Notes under the pieces: model-generated | Databases searched by the model: none | What the model was told of the DNA's origin: nothing | Seen by the model: the letters and a program-made list of their open reading frames with translations, nothing else | In this document: positions 1-8,250 of the stretch, one piece after another | Layout: each line of letters starts with the position of its first letter | How positions within the stretch are numbered: the first letter of the stretch is position 1 | Source of the DNA: an uncultured Tissierellia bacterium | Lineage (GTDB): Bacteria; Bacillota; Clostridia; Tissierellales; Peptoniphilaceae | Assembly: GCA_902489375.1 (NCBI GenBank) | Contig: CABTZP010000001.1 | Span: 1 to 42,170 of the forward strand | Length of the DNA: 42,170 nucleotides | Reading direction: 5' to 3' | Made by a program: the position numbers and the translations under genes

Positions 1-583
1 CTTCATTGCCAAAGACCAAAGACCATTTCTCAGGCGGCGCCTGGCCGGGAAGGGGGGAAGCCTGGGGATCGAGCATAAAAAGAAAGAGTTTTCGGTTCGG
101 ATCCGGAAAAGCCCTCCGATATTCTTCCAAATTGTGATAATGGCTATAGCGAAGATGAAAAACGGCCCCCATCGAAGAACGAATCGTTCGAGGATGATCA
201 AAGTCGCAGGAATCCCCCAGGGTCACCAGATCGTGCAAGCCAAAGGCAAGAAGGGATCGGGAGATGTTTCCCAGGTTTCCCATATCGGAAACCCGGTCCA
301 GGACCACATGGTTTTTATCTCGAACCCCTTCATGAACCGTCTTAAAAACGCCAACAAGGTAGGTATTTCCTTTTACCGCCAATCTTTTGATCTCCTTATC
401 GGCGATCCGGTAGGGAATCTTTTTTTCTTCCAGGAGGCCGATGACCTTCTCCTTTTCCCGAAAATCCGAAGAAATGAGAATGTCCATAATCTTTTCCGGC
501 GCATGCAAAATCAGCTCCATGGTCGGAAAGGCCCCCAACGTATAGGAGTACCCTTCCTCTTTTTTATATTTTTTCCAGACCAT
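1..583 (-). CDS. TrmH/SpoU-family RNA 2'-O-methyltransferase (partial; 3' end lies beyond the window edge)
   Basis: Absent from the ORF track because it runs off the window. Manual minus-strand translation from ATG at 583 (GGGAGGG RBS at 587-593) is stop-free to position 2. It reads MVWKKYKKEEGYSYTLGAFPTMELI...DRVSDMGNLGNISRSLLAFG...EKWSLVFGNE. The GNLGxIxRSxxAFG and LVFGNE stretches match SpoU methylase motifs 1 and 2. Confidence 0.8.
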   Translation of the reverse strand, partial: MVWKKYKKEEGYSYTLGAFPTMELILHAPEKIMDILISSDFREKEKVIGLLEEKKIPYRIADKEIKRLAVKGNTYLVGVFKTVHEGVRDKNHVVLDRVSDMGNLGNISRSLLAFGLHDLVTLGDSCDFDHPRTIRSSMGAVFHLRYSHYHNLEEYRRAFPDPNRKLFLFMLDPQASPLPGQAPPEKWSLVFGNE

Positions 584-846
584 CAGCCCTCCCTTTTGCC
601 CAGACCTTTGCGAAAGCAAAGCGGGCGTAAAGCCTATTTTTCAAAGAAAAAGAATCCTTCGTCTTTCCATTATATTCCTTCCCCCAAAAGGCCAGGAAAA
701 ATGTTTTCCTGGATCTTTTCCCTTTTTTGTTCGATTGAAAGGGAATTCCGATATAATACTAGAAAAGCCAAGGGGACCTTTTGCCAAAGACATATTCTTT
801 GCATCCTATTTTTTCCAGATCCCAGTGAACTTTCGAGGAGGAGTCC

Positions 847-2307
847 ATGAATCGCAATGAAGAAAACCTAACCATGCTCTTTGATTACTATGAAATGACC
901 ATGGCAAACGGTTACTATGAATATGGAGCCGGTGATGTGATCAGCACCTTTGATCTGTTTTACCGAAAAAATCCGGATAATGCCGGTTTTTCAATCTTTG
1001 CCGGTCTAGAATCCATTATTGATTACATCCAGAATCTGCATTTTTCCAAAGAAAATATTGATTTTTTGAAAAAGAAAAAAGTGTTTAATGAGGAGTTTCT
1101 AGACCGTTTAGAAGACTTTCACTTTACCGGAGATCTTTGGGCGGTTCCCGAAGGAACGGTTGTCTTCCCCCATGAGCCCCTCATTACCGTCCAGGCGCCC
1201 GTGATTGAAGCAAGCCTTCTGGAAACCATGCTCCTTCTTACCGTAAACCACCAGAGTCTCATTGCAACGAAAGCAAATCGAATCGTTCGCGCAGCAAAGG
1301 GCCGGCCAGTCATGGAGTTTGGGTCCCGTCGGGCTCAGGGGCCGGATGCCGCGACCTTGGGAGCCAAAGCCGCCTATATCGCCGGCTGCGTCGGGACGGC
1401 CAATACCCTTTGCGATGAACGTTTTGGGGTCCCCGCCCTGGGCACTATGGCCCATTCCTGGGTCATGAATTTTCCCAGTGAATTTGATGCGTTTAAGGCC
1501 TATGCCAAAACCTATCCCAATAACTGCGTTCTTCTTGCCGATACCTATGATGTCTTAAATTCCGGCGTTCCCAATGCCATTCGGACCTTTAAAGAAGTCC
1601 TGGCGCCCATGGGATATCGCCCGGGCGGAATCCGTCTGGATTCCGGAGATATCGCCTACCTGAGCAAAAAAGCCCGGATCATGCTCGATGAAGCAGGTTT
1701 CCCGGATGCAACCATTGTTGCCTCCAACGGATTGGATGAGTACCGGATCCGGGATATTTTGGACCAGGGCGCTCAAATTAACAGTTTTGGCGTGGGTGAG
1801 CGGCTGATTACCGCAGCCTCGGATCCAGTCTTCGGCGGCGTTTATAAGGTCAATGAGCTAAAGATCAAGGGCGAGCGTGTTCCTAAAATTAAGGTCACCG
1901 AAAATGTCGATAAAATTACTACGCCTGGCTTTAAGCACTTTTACCGGTTCTATGATCAGGAGGGCATGGCCCTGGCTGACCTGATTGCTCTAGCCGATGA
2001 AAAATTGCCGGACGGAGAGCCTTTTGAAATCTTCCACCCCATATACACCTGGAAAAAAACCCTCCTTAAAAACTATCAGATCCGCCCCATGCATGAGCAT
2101 ATTTTCCATGAAGGAAAACTGATTTATGACCTTCCCAGTCTCCAGGAAAGCAAGGCCTATTGCCAAAAAGAAATCGAATCCCTCTGGGAGGAATACCGTC
2201 GTTTCGATCAGCCCCATATTTATAAGGTCGATCTTTCTAAAGATCTCTGGAATCTCAAGCAAAAACTTTTAAATGAAGAGCGGGCCAAGGTTTTTCATAT
2301 CGATTAA
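847..2307 (+). CDS. pncB: Nicotinate phosphoribosyltransferase
   Basis: 486-aa ORF with GGAGGAG RBS upstream. The N-terminus LFDYYEMTMANGYY, the EFGSRRAQG and MAHSWV motifs, and the length are typical of Firmicute NAPRTase. Confidence 0.9.
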   Translation: MNRNEENLTMLFDYYEMTMANGYYEYGAGDVISTFDLFYRKNPDNAGFSIFAGLESIIDYIQNLHFSKENIDFLKKKKVFNEEFLDRLEDFHFTGDLWAVPEGTVVFPHEPLITVQAPVIEASLLETMLLLTVNHQSLIATKANRIVRAAKGRPVMEFGSRRAQGPDAATLGAKAAYIAGCVGTANTLCDERFGVPALGTMAHSWVMNFPSEFDAFKAYAKTYPNNCVLLADTYDVLNSGVPNAIRTFKEVLAPMGYRPGGIRLDSGDIAYLSKKARIMLDEAGFPDATIVASNGLDEYRIRDILDQGAQINSFGVGERLITAASDPVFGGVYKVNELKIKGERVPKIKVTENVDKITTPGFKHFYRFYDQEGMALADLIALADEKLPDGEPFEIFHPIYTWKKTLLKNYQIRPMHEHIFHEGKLIYDLPSLQESKAYCQKEIESLWEEYRRFDQPHIYKVDLSKDLWNLKQKLLNEERAKVFHID

Positions 2308-2391
2308 AGACGATTTTCTTCGATCAAGTTTTGCTTTCCAAAGATCCGCCTTTCTTTGCGCCATGAATTTTCTCAATAAAAGGATAAGAAA

Positions 2392-2424
2392 CCCGAAGAG
2401 AGCTGCTTTTTTTCTCTCTTCGGG
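2392..2424. terminator. Bidirectional intrinsic terminator between convergent pncB and pta
   Basis: Inverted repeat CCCGAAGAGAG (2392-2402) / CTCTCTTCGGG (2414-2424) with a T-rich loop. Flanking sequence is T-rich when read on the minus strand. Confidence 0.6.
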
Positions 2425-2542
2425 CTTCTATTGATGAAAAGGATCTTCCGGTTTCTCCCCCCGCGATCCAAAATGGCGGTCCTTTTGCCATCCAATCCCA
2501 TTCGTATTCTATTTTATTGTGCGTCTTTCATAAAGGGTTCGT

Positions 2543-3541
2543 TTAATAGGGCTGATCCTGTAAAGAGTGCTCCAGCGCCATGGCCGCGGTAACAATGGCC
2601 GTCAGGAAAACATCCTCTTCGGTACATCCACGGGAAAGGTCGTTGATCGGGGCGTTAAGGCCAAGGAGGATCGGGCCGAGGGCAAGGTAATGGCCCAGGT
2701 GCTGACCGATTTTATATCCGATATTTCCAGCATCTAGGTTGGGGAAAATGAAGACGTTGGCATGCCCGGCAATTTTTGATCCCTGCGCTTTTCTGGCGCC
2801 GATGACCGGAACAACAGCCGCGTCGAACTGAAGCTCCCCGTCGACAGGAAGTCTGGGGAACATCTTATGGGCAAGCTTTGTCGCTTCCACCATTTTTTCC
2901 TGTTCGGGAGAAGATGCCGACCCTTTGGTTGAGAAGGAGAGCATGGCAATCTTGGGGTCAATGCCGAACATTTTCGCGAATTTTGCCGCATCGTGCGAAA
3001 TATAAACCAGCTCTTCCGGCGTAGGCATAATGTTTACCGCAATGTCCGCGAACACATATTCCTGATTTTCCGGACCGACCATGATCATCGCGCCGGAAAC
3101 CAGCTTGGAATCAGGAGAAGTCTTAATCAGCTTCAAAGCCGGGAGAATCGTTTCCGCTGTTGAACCGACTGCGCCGGAAATCATCCCATCCGCCAAACCC
3201 TGATAAATTAACATGGTTCCAAAATAGTTGGGATTGCGCAGCATTTTACGGGCGGTTTCTTCATCTTCCTTCCCATTGCGGCGTTTGACGTAATCCTCTA
3301 CCATTTTATCAATATCCGGATAATTATTAATGTCAATAATCTCCAGGTCCCCGATATTTTTACCGATTTCCTTTGCCTGAACAGTAATGACATCCGGCTG
3401 TCCTAAAACGATGGGGTGAATATATCCCAATTCCTGATGGCGGATCGCCGCGCTTAAAACACGCTGAGAATAGCCCTCTGCAAAAACAATACGCAAACCA
3501 TGGCCTTTAATGCGATCCTGCAAGTCTTTAATGATACCCAT
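2543..3541 (-). CDS. pta: Phosphate acetyltransferase
   Basis: 332-aa ORF. RIVFAEG near the N-terminus and AGNIGYKIGQ...LGPILLGLNAPINDLSRGC near the C-terminus match Firmicute Pta. Confidence 0.9.
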   Translation of the reverse strand: MGIIKDLQDRIKGHGLRIVFAEGYSQRVLSAAIRHQELGYIHPIVLGQPDVITVQAKEIGKNIGDLEIIDINNYPDIDKMVEDYVKRRNGKEDEETARKMLRNPNYFGTMLIYQGLADGMISGAVGSTAETILPALKLIKTSPDSKLVSGAMIMVGPENQEYVFADIAVNIMPTPEELVYISHDAAKFAKMFGIDPKIAMLSFSTKGSASSPEQEKMVEATKLAHKMFPRLPVDGELQFDAAVVPVIGARKAQGSKIAGHANVFIFPNLDAGNIGYKIGQHLGHYLALGPILLGLNAPINDLSRGCTEEDVFLTAIVTAAMALEHSLQDQPY

Positions 3542-3784
3542 AAACCCTCCTTGAATTCAAAAACCGCCTTCTACGGGAAGCGGCGAAAGTCGAACTCTTC
3601 CGCCTTTCTTCAGTCATTTTTGATCTTTTCTAAAGTGTACTCATTATAGATCATAACACTTTATTGCATACCCGCAATTCAGAGAAAATCATTTATTTCT
3701 TTCGATTTGTCAAAAATATGTGTTTTTAAAATACCAATTTTTAGCGGATTTCCCTTCCTTCTCGCCTGAGTGCTCAGCCAAATT

Positions 3785-4822
3785 TTATTTTTGAATGGCC
3801 TTTTCCAAAGCTGATGATTCTTCACGAGATAGGGCCTGCTCTGACTCACCATTTTTTATGGTTTTACAGAAGATGTTCGACCCCTCCGAAGAATAAATCG
3901 AAGTCAGAAGAATCCCATCCCGATGCTCATCCAGAAGGACCAGACTAAAGGAATGCTTGCCCGAAAGCTCTTCAAAGGCGTCATACCGATTCATGCACAC
4001 CTTGGAAATGGCTAAAGAAAGTTGATCTTTGAGGAGATTTGACTGGACCTTAAGCTGCTTTTTCTGGCTTTCTTCCTGAGCGCTTAGCCTCTGTTCCGTT
4101 TCTTTTTCAATCCGGTCCATTCGATCTGTCAAATCAATGTTTGTCGACTGAAGGGCATCTCGGGTCTTTTGATCAATCGCAGAAAGACTCTGATTGACAA
4201 AAAGATCCAAATCTTCAACCGCTTGGATCCGCTCTCTTTTTTCTTCCGCCATCGCGTCATTGGTCTGTTTTTCAAAGGACTTTAAGGCCTCGGCAACCCC
4301 ATCAAAACGCACAAAGGCTTCTTCTTCATCTTTTTTCATTCTTCGGTCCAAATCATTGGTAAATTCCTGAACATGGGTCTGGACAAAAGCCGTGAGCTTC
4401 TCGATGGCCTGAATATTTTCTCCTTCAACCTGATCCATCCGGGCATAGACTTGTTCGTCCAGCCTTTTCATCTCCGAACTAAGTTTTTCTTCTGTCGAAT
4501 GAAAATCCGCTGATAACTGGCCTGTCACGGTATCAAATTTTTCATTTAGGGCCTTCGTCTTCTCTTCATTGGCAGCTTTTACCCAGGCTTCCAGATCTTT
4601 TACCGTTTGGTCGGTTTTTTCATCCTTTTCTTTAAAAAGATCAAGATCCGTTCCAAACTGAAGCAAAAGCTCTTCCATATTGACGTCTCCATGACCTCGG
4701 AGCAGATGATTATACCTTTTGTTCAACCGGTCAATTTTTGAGCGGGTATTAAAGGAAAAATAGAGGCTGGCCCCGGAAAGAAGGAAGGCAAGAATGCCAA
4801 AAATAACCATGGCCTTACTCAT
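3785..4822 (-). CDS. DUF4446-like membrane protein with a long internal coiled-coil expansion
   Basis: Start refined to ATG 4822 (AGGAGG 8 nt upstream); the track start at 4831 is a GTG abutting the RBS. It has an N-terminal TM helix followed by RLNKRYNHLLRG. The C-terminal block is RYDAFEELSGKHSFSLVLLDEHRDGILLTSIYSSEGSNIFCKTIKNGES..LSREE, as I recall for DUF4446 proteins found next to parB. About 200 aa of E/K/Q-rich heptad-like sequence lies between the two ends. The gene overlaps the parB stop by 8 nt. Confidence 0.6.
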   Translation of the reverse strand: MSKAMVIFGILAFLLSGASLYFSFNTRSKIDRLNKRYNHLLRGHGDVNMEELLLQFGTDLDLFKEKDEKTDQTVKDLEAWVKAANEEKTKALNEKFDTVTGQLSADFHSTEEKLSSEMKRLDEQVYARMDQVEGENIQAIEKLTAFVQTHVQEFTNDLDRRMKKDEEEAFVRFDGVAEALKSFEKQTNDAMAEEKRERIQAVEDLDLFVNQSLSAIDQKTRDALQSTNIDLTDRMDRIEKETEQRLSAQEESQKKQLKVQSNLLKDQLSLAISKVCMNRYDAFEELSGKHSFSLVLLDEHRDGILLTSIYSSEGSNIFCKTIKNGESEQALSREESSALEKAIQK

Positions 4823-5807
4823 TTTCTTCACCTCCTAAAAGCTTTTCCGAAAATTGATTCAGATCTTCCAGGGAATAGCAGGCAATTTGAATGTCCCAGC
4901 CTTTCTTTCGAGAACAAATGGTCACCGGCGTGCCCAAAGTCTCTGACAATCGCTCTTCCAGATCTTGAATAAAGATATTATTTTTTTTCTTTTTTAGGCT
5001 GGCTGCGCTCATCTTTTTTTCAGCGGCATTTACATTCAGTTTTCCCGTAAGAAAAAGATCTCGGATTTTTCCTCTCTTTTTTAAATCCGGCTCAGAAAGG
5101 AGGGTCCTGGCCTGCGAAGAAGAAAGCTTCCCCTCAATAAGGGCTTTTTTGGAAAGATCATCTAAGGAATCCAGACGGCTGATGTTAGCAATATATGCCC
5201 TTGATTTTCCCAAAAGCCTTGCTAAGGCTTCCTGGGTGAGCGCATGGTCCGCCATAATTTCCTTATAGGCCTGAGCCTCCTCCAAAGGATTGAGATTCTC
5301 CCTTTGAATATTTTCCACCACAGAAAGAAGTGCCCCTTTCTTTTGGCTGTCCCTGCGGATCATCACCGGAATTTCGCGTAATCCCGCCTCTTTGGCTGCC
5401 CGGTACCTTCTCTCCCCCGCAATGATAAGATACGGGGCGTCCCCTTCCTCCCTCGGATGTTTTTCTAAAACAACAATCGGCTGCAAGAGCCCATATTTTT
5501 TAATCGAATCAGAAAGCTCTTTTAACGCCTCCGGATCAAAATGCTTCCTCGGCTGATCCGGATTCGGCGAAATCTGCTCTAATGGAAGCATTTGGGTCAA
5601 AAGCTCGGTTTGCGTCTGATCTCTTTGAGGTCTTTTTTTCTGGGCGGATTCCTTTTCTTTATCCTGGATCGGCTTTTCTGCCTTTGAATCCTTTTTTTGT
5701 CCCTCCTCAGCCCTCTTTTGCTCTTCCGAAAGCGTATTTTCTTCTTTTTCATCAGGATCGGGAATCAGAGCCGCTAATCCCCGTCCCAGTCCTCGTTTTT
5801 TGGCCAT
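4815..5807 (-). CDS. parB: Chromosome partitioning protein ParB/Spo0J
   Basis: The N-terminal MAKKRGLGRGLAALIP peptide, the GERRYRAA box and an HTH region (LTQEALARLLGKSRAYIAN) are present. About 60 aa of K/E/Q-rich linker is inserted after the N-terminal peptide. Confidence 0.92.
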   Translation of the reverse strand: MAKKRGLGRGLAALIPDPDEKEENTLSEEQKRAEEGQKKDSKAEKPIQDKEKESAQKKRPQRDQTQTELLTQMLPLEQISPNPDQPRKHFDPEALKELSDSIKKYGLLQPIVVLEKHPREEGDAPYLIIAGERRYRAAKEAGLREIPVMIRRDSQKKGALLSVVENIQRENLNPLEEAQAYKEIMADHALTQEALARLLGKSRAYIANISRLDSLDDLSKKALIEGKLSSSQARTLLSEPDLKKRGKIRDLFLTGKLNVNAAEKKMSAASLKKKKNNIFIQDLEERLSETLGTPVTICSRKKGWDIQIACYSLEDLNQFSEKLLGGEENE

Positions 5808-5886
5808 GTCATTTCTCCCTTATCTATCGCGCCTGTTTTCCTGGCTTGGCTTTTTTCCCTATCCATGCGAAACCTTCGGATTTCTT

Positions 5887-6675
5887 TCATTTTTTCATTT
5901 GCTCGTCTTTTCTTTTTTTCAGCTCTTTTGCCAGATTGATGTAGGCCTGAGCACCTTTGGAGAATCGATCAAAGTGAATAATACTTTCTCCATAGGATGG
6001 AGCCTCGGCTAAACGAACATTTCGTGGAATCACCGTCTTAAAAACTCGATCTCCAAAATATTTTTTTACTTCTGCTTCGACATCCTGGGCAAGATTGGTC
6101 CTTCGATCGACCATGGAGAGAAGAACCCCCTCCACCTCTAAGGCGGGATTGATGCTTTTTCTGATCATCTCAAGGGTAGAGACCAGCTGGCTGACCCCTT
6201 CCAAGGCGAAAAATTCAGTTTGAATGGGTATCAAAACGGAATCTGAAGCCGCCAGGGCATTGAGACTAAGCATCCCTAAAGAGGGGGGACAGTCGATAAA
6301 GATATAATCATACCGGTCCTTCACCGCTTCCAAAGGTTTTTTTAATCTCAGGTTTCGGTCTTCCAGACCCAGGGCTTCGATTTCAAAACCGGTCAGATCC
6401 GGACTTGACGGAATCAAATGCAGGTGACTGTTTTGGATGTCTTTTTTTGCCTGATCCATCGTCGCGTTGCCCAGTAGGACCTGATAGAGATCCGCCGTAA
6501 GAGACTCCTTATCCACGCCCAATCCCGAAGTGGTGTTGCCCTGAGGATCCATATCCAGGACCAAAACTTTTTTCTTTTTTAAGGAGGTATCGGCGAGCGC
6601 CGTGGACAGATTGATGACGGTTGTCGTTTTGCCGACCCCGCCTTTTTGATTGTACACGCTAATAATTCGAGTCAT
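5887..6675 (-). CDS. parA: Chromosome partitioning ATPase ParA/Soj
   Basis: Deviant Walker A motif NQKGGVGKTTT. Length of 262 aa and position upstream of parB fit ParA. The start ATG overlaps the cinA stop (ATGA). Confidence 0.92.
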   Translation of the reverse strand: MTRIISVYNQKGGVGKTTTVINLSTALADTSLKKKKVLVLDMDPQGNTTSGLGVDKESLTADLYQVLLGNATMDQAKKDIQNSHLHLIPSSPDLTGFEIEALGLEDRNLRLKKPLEAVKDRYDYIFIDCPPSLGMLSLNALAASDSVLIPIQTEFFALEGVSQLVSTLEMIRKSINPALEVEGVLLSMVDRRTNLAQDVEAEVKKYFGDRVFKTVIPRNVRLAEAPSYGESIIHFDRFSKGAQAYINLAKELKKRKDEQMKK

Positions 6676-7925
6676 GGTTCCATCCTTTTTTGGCCTTCTT
6701 TTCGAAGATTAATCGTTGCCCGATCAATCGCCTGGTTGCAAATGATTCGTCGAATCATCTGCCGGCCGGTGTGGAGCTGGTATTCGTAAATCTCAACTTT
6801 TTCTCCGATGCCAATGCCCAAAAAGACGTGGCCGACTTCAGCGCCTTCTGGTCCTGCGTATCCAGTTGTCGCAATGCCCACATCGCATCCCGTTTTTTCC
6901 CGCAGGCCCTTTAACATTGCCCGGCAGGTTTTCTCAGAAACGGCGGAATCCCTTTTTAAAATTTTCTCAGGAACCCCAAGGACCTTTTGCTTGGCTTCAT
7001 CACTGTACACCACAAAAGACCCTTTGAAGGCTTTCGATGCTCCCGGACAATTGACAAATCTTGATGCCACCATTCCTCCAGTAAGGCTCTCCGCCATGGA
7101 AATCGTATAGTTTCTTTTTAACAGCTCCTTTAAAAGGGTTTCCTCCCGGCTTTCTTTATTCCAGTTGATGACTTTTTCTCCCAATTTTTCCTGGACAAGT
7201 TTAAGTCCCTTGTTCAAGCATTGATTTGCTTCTTCTTTGGTCTTTGCCTTCGCCGTAATGCGAACAAGGGCACCATCTGGCTTGACGTAGGGAGCAAAAG
7301 TAGGATTGGTGAAATTTTCCATTACGTATTCTAGCTCTTTAAAAAGCTGATATTCCCCAAGCAACCCCACCTTTACCTCCATAGAAAGGGTTGCAGCTTT
7401 GGCATGGTCCATTAAAGCCGGAACTAAGGCTAAGTCGACCATAGGCTCAAATTCGTCCGGTGGGCCTGGCAAAATGACAATGATTTTGTCTTTTCCATAG
7501 GCCTGAAAGGGAATCCATGCTCCAGAAGAGGTCCCGACAGTATTTTTTAATATTTTTGAACCCTGGGGAAAGATATAGGTTCTTTCTTCATCTTTTATGG
7601 ACTCAATATCCCCTTTAAAGAAGGCGGCAATTTGTTTTTTGCTCCCTTCGTCAATTTCCGTAGGAAGTCCAACGTATTGCAGAACGATGTTTTTGGTAAT
7701 ATCGTCATTCGTTGCGCCAAGGCCCCCCGACGTAATAACCATGTCCGATCGGGAAACGGCTAAATCCAGTGCCTTCAACAGCCTTTGATCATTGTCGCCA
7801 ACAACCTGAGTATGATAGACATCGTAGCCGAAGCTCGCCAGTATTCGACTCAGATACTGAACATCCGTATTAACGATATCGCCTAAAAGAAGTTCGGTTC
7901 CTACAGAAATGATTTCTACAATCAT
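6672..7925 (-). CDS. cinA: Competence/damage-inducible protein CinA (MoCF-binding domain plus PncC nicotinamide-nucleotide amidase domain)
   Basis: 417-aa ORF. The N-terminus MIVEIISVGTELLLGDIVNTD and the C-terminal SMAESLTGG...GYAGP motif are typical of full-length CinA. Confidence 0.88.
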   Translation of the reverse strand: MIVEIISVGTELLLGDIVNTDVQYLSRILASFGYDVYHTQVVGDNDQRLLKALDLAVSRSDMVITSGGLGATNDDITKNIVLQYVGLPTEIDEGSKKQIAAFFKGDIESIKDEERTYIFPQGSKILKNTVGTSSGAWIPFQAYGKDKIIVILPGPPDEFEPMVDLALVPALMDHAKAATLSMEVKVGLLGEYQLFKELEYVMENFTNPTFAPYVKPDGALVRITAKAKTKEEANQCLNKGLKLVQEKLGEKVINWNKESREETLLKELLKRNYTISMAESLTGGMVASRFVNCPGASKAFKGSFVVYSDEAKQKVLGVPEKILKRDSAVSEKTCRAMLKGLREKTGCDVGIATTGYAGPEGAEVGHVFLGIGIGEKVEIYEYQLHTGRQMIRRIICNQAIDRATINLRKEGQKRMEP

Positions 7926-8007
7926 GATTTTTCCTCGTTCTTTCCTCTAATGGATAAGAAGCTTTTTTCTTTAGTGTAAGAAATGTTCATTGCCATTCTT
8001 CTTTCTC

Positions 8008-8016
8008 ATTATATCA
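8008..8016 (-). promoter_or_regulatory. Candidate extended -10 promoter (TGaTATAAT) for the cinA-parA-parB operon
   Basis: The minus strand reads cTGaTATAATg, with TATAAT at 8008-8013 and TG at 8015-8016. It lies about 80 nt upstream of the cinA ATG (7925). There is no good -35; palindrome 1 sits immediately upstream. Confidence 0.45.
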
Positions 8017-8038
8017 GGGATACTTTTAAAAAATAGAC

Positions 8039-8064
8039 CGGAATGTTTCATATGAAACATTCCG
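8039..8064. promoter_or_regulatory. parS-like palindrome 1 (26-bp perfect palindrome containing TGTTTCATATGAAACA)
   Basis: CGGAATGTTTCATATGAAACATTCCG is a perfect inverted repeat. Its 16-bp core (8045-8060) matches the parS consensus TGTTNCACGTGAAACA at 14 of 16 positions; the central CG is replaced by TA. Confidence 0.55.
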
Positions 8065-8142
8065 GGAAAATTTAATTGAAATAGGGATGATTTTGCTTTC
8101 CTTGAAACAAAATGGGCAATCAAACAAGTCTTTTCGAAAAAA

Positions 8143-8158
8143 TGTTTCATATGAAACA
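8143..8158. promoter_or_regulatory. parS-like palindrome 2 (TGTTTCATATGAAACA)
   Basis: Exact second copy of the 16-bp palindrome, flanked by A6 on the plus strand (T6 on the minus strand). Confidence 0.55.
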
Positions 8159-8184
8159 AATGATGAGTTCGAACAGGGCGTTCA

Positions 8185-8200
8185 TGTTTCATATGAAACA
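8185..8200. promoter_or_regulatory. parS-like palindrome 3 (TGTTTCATATGAAACA)
   Basis: Exact third copy of the 16-bp palindrome, 42 bp centre-to-centre from copy 2. Confidence 0.55.
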
Positions 8201-8250
8201 AAGCATTCTCAAATTAAATTTTTCTTGCGCCATATTGATAACAAGTGGAT

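Noticed and set aside
134-850. 238-aa plus-strand ORF at the left edge
   Set aside because: It is antisense to a motif-supported TrmH/SpoU methylase gene (1-583, minus strand) and then runs through the intergenic region. The composition is odd (F/R/K/P-rich), there is no RBS, and I recognise no family.
8039-8158. Palindromes 1 and 2 as nothing more than rsmG intrinsic terminators
   Set aside because: Both are followed by T-runs on the minus strand, so a terminator role is possible. It does not explain three identical 16-mers, the third copy that lacks any T-run, or the 14/16 match to parS next to parAB. I keep it as a secondary function, not the primary call.
8170-8186. LexA (Cheo) box-like GAAC...GTTC sequences (also GAACGTTC near 15284-15291 in the rpmH leader)
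   Set aside because: The spacing is wrong for the Firmicute Cheo box: the sequences are GAAC-N5-GTTC and GAAC-N0-GTTC rather than GAAC-N4-GTTC. No SOS-type gene lies downstream.
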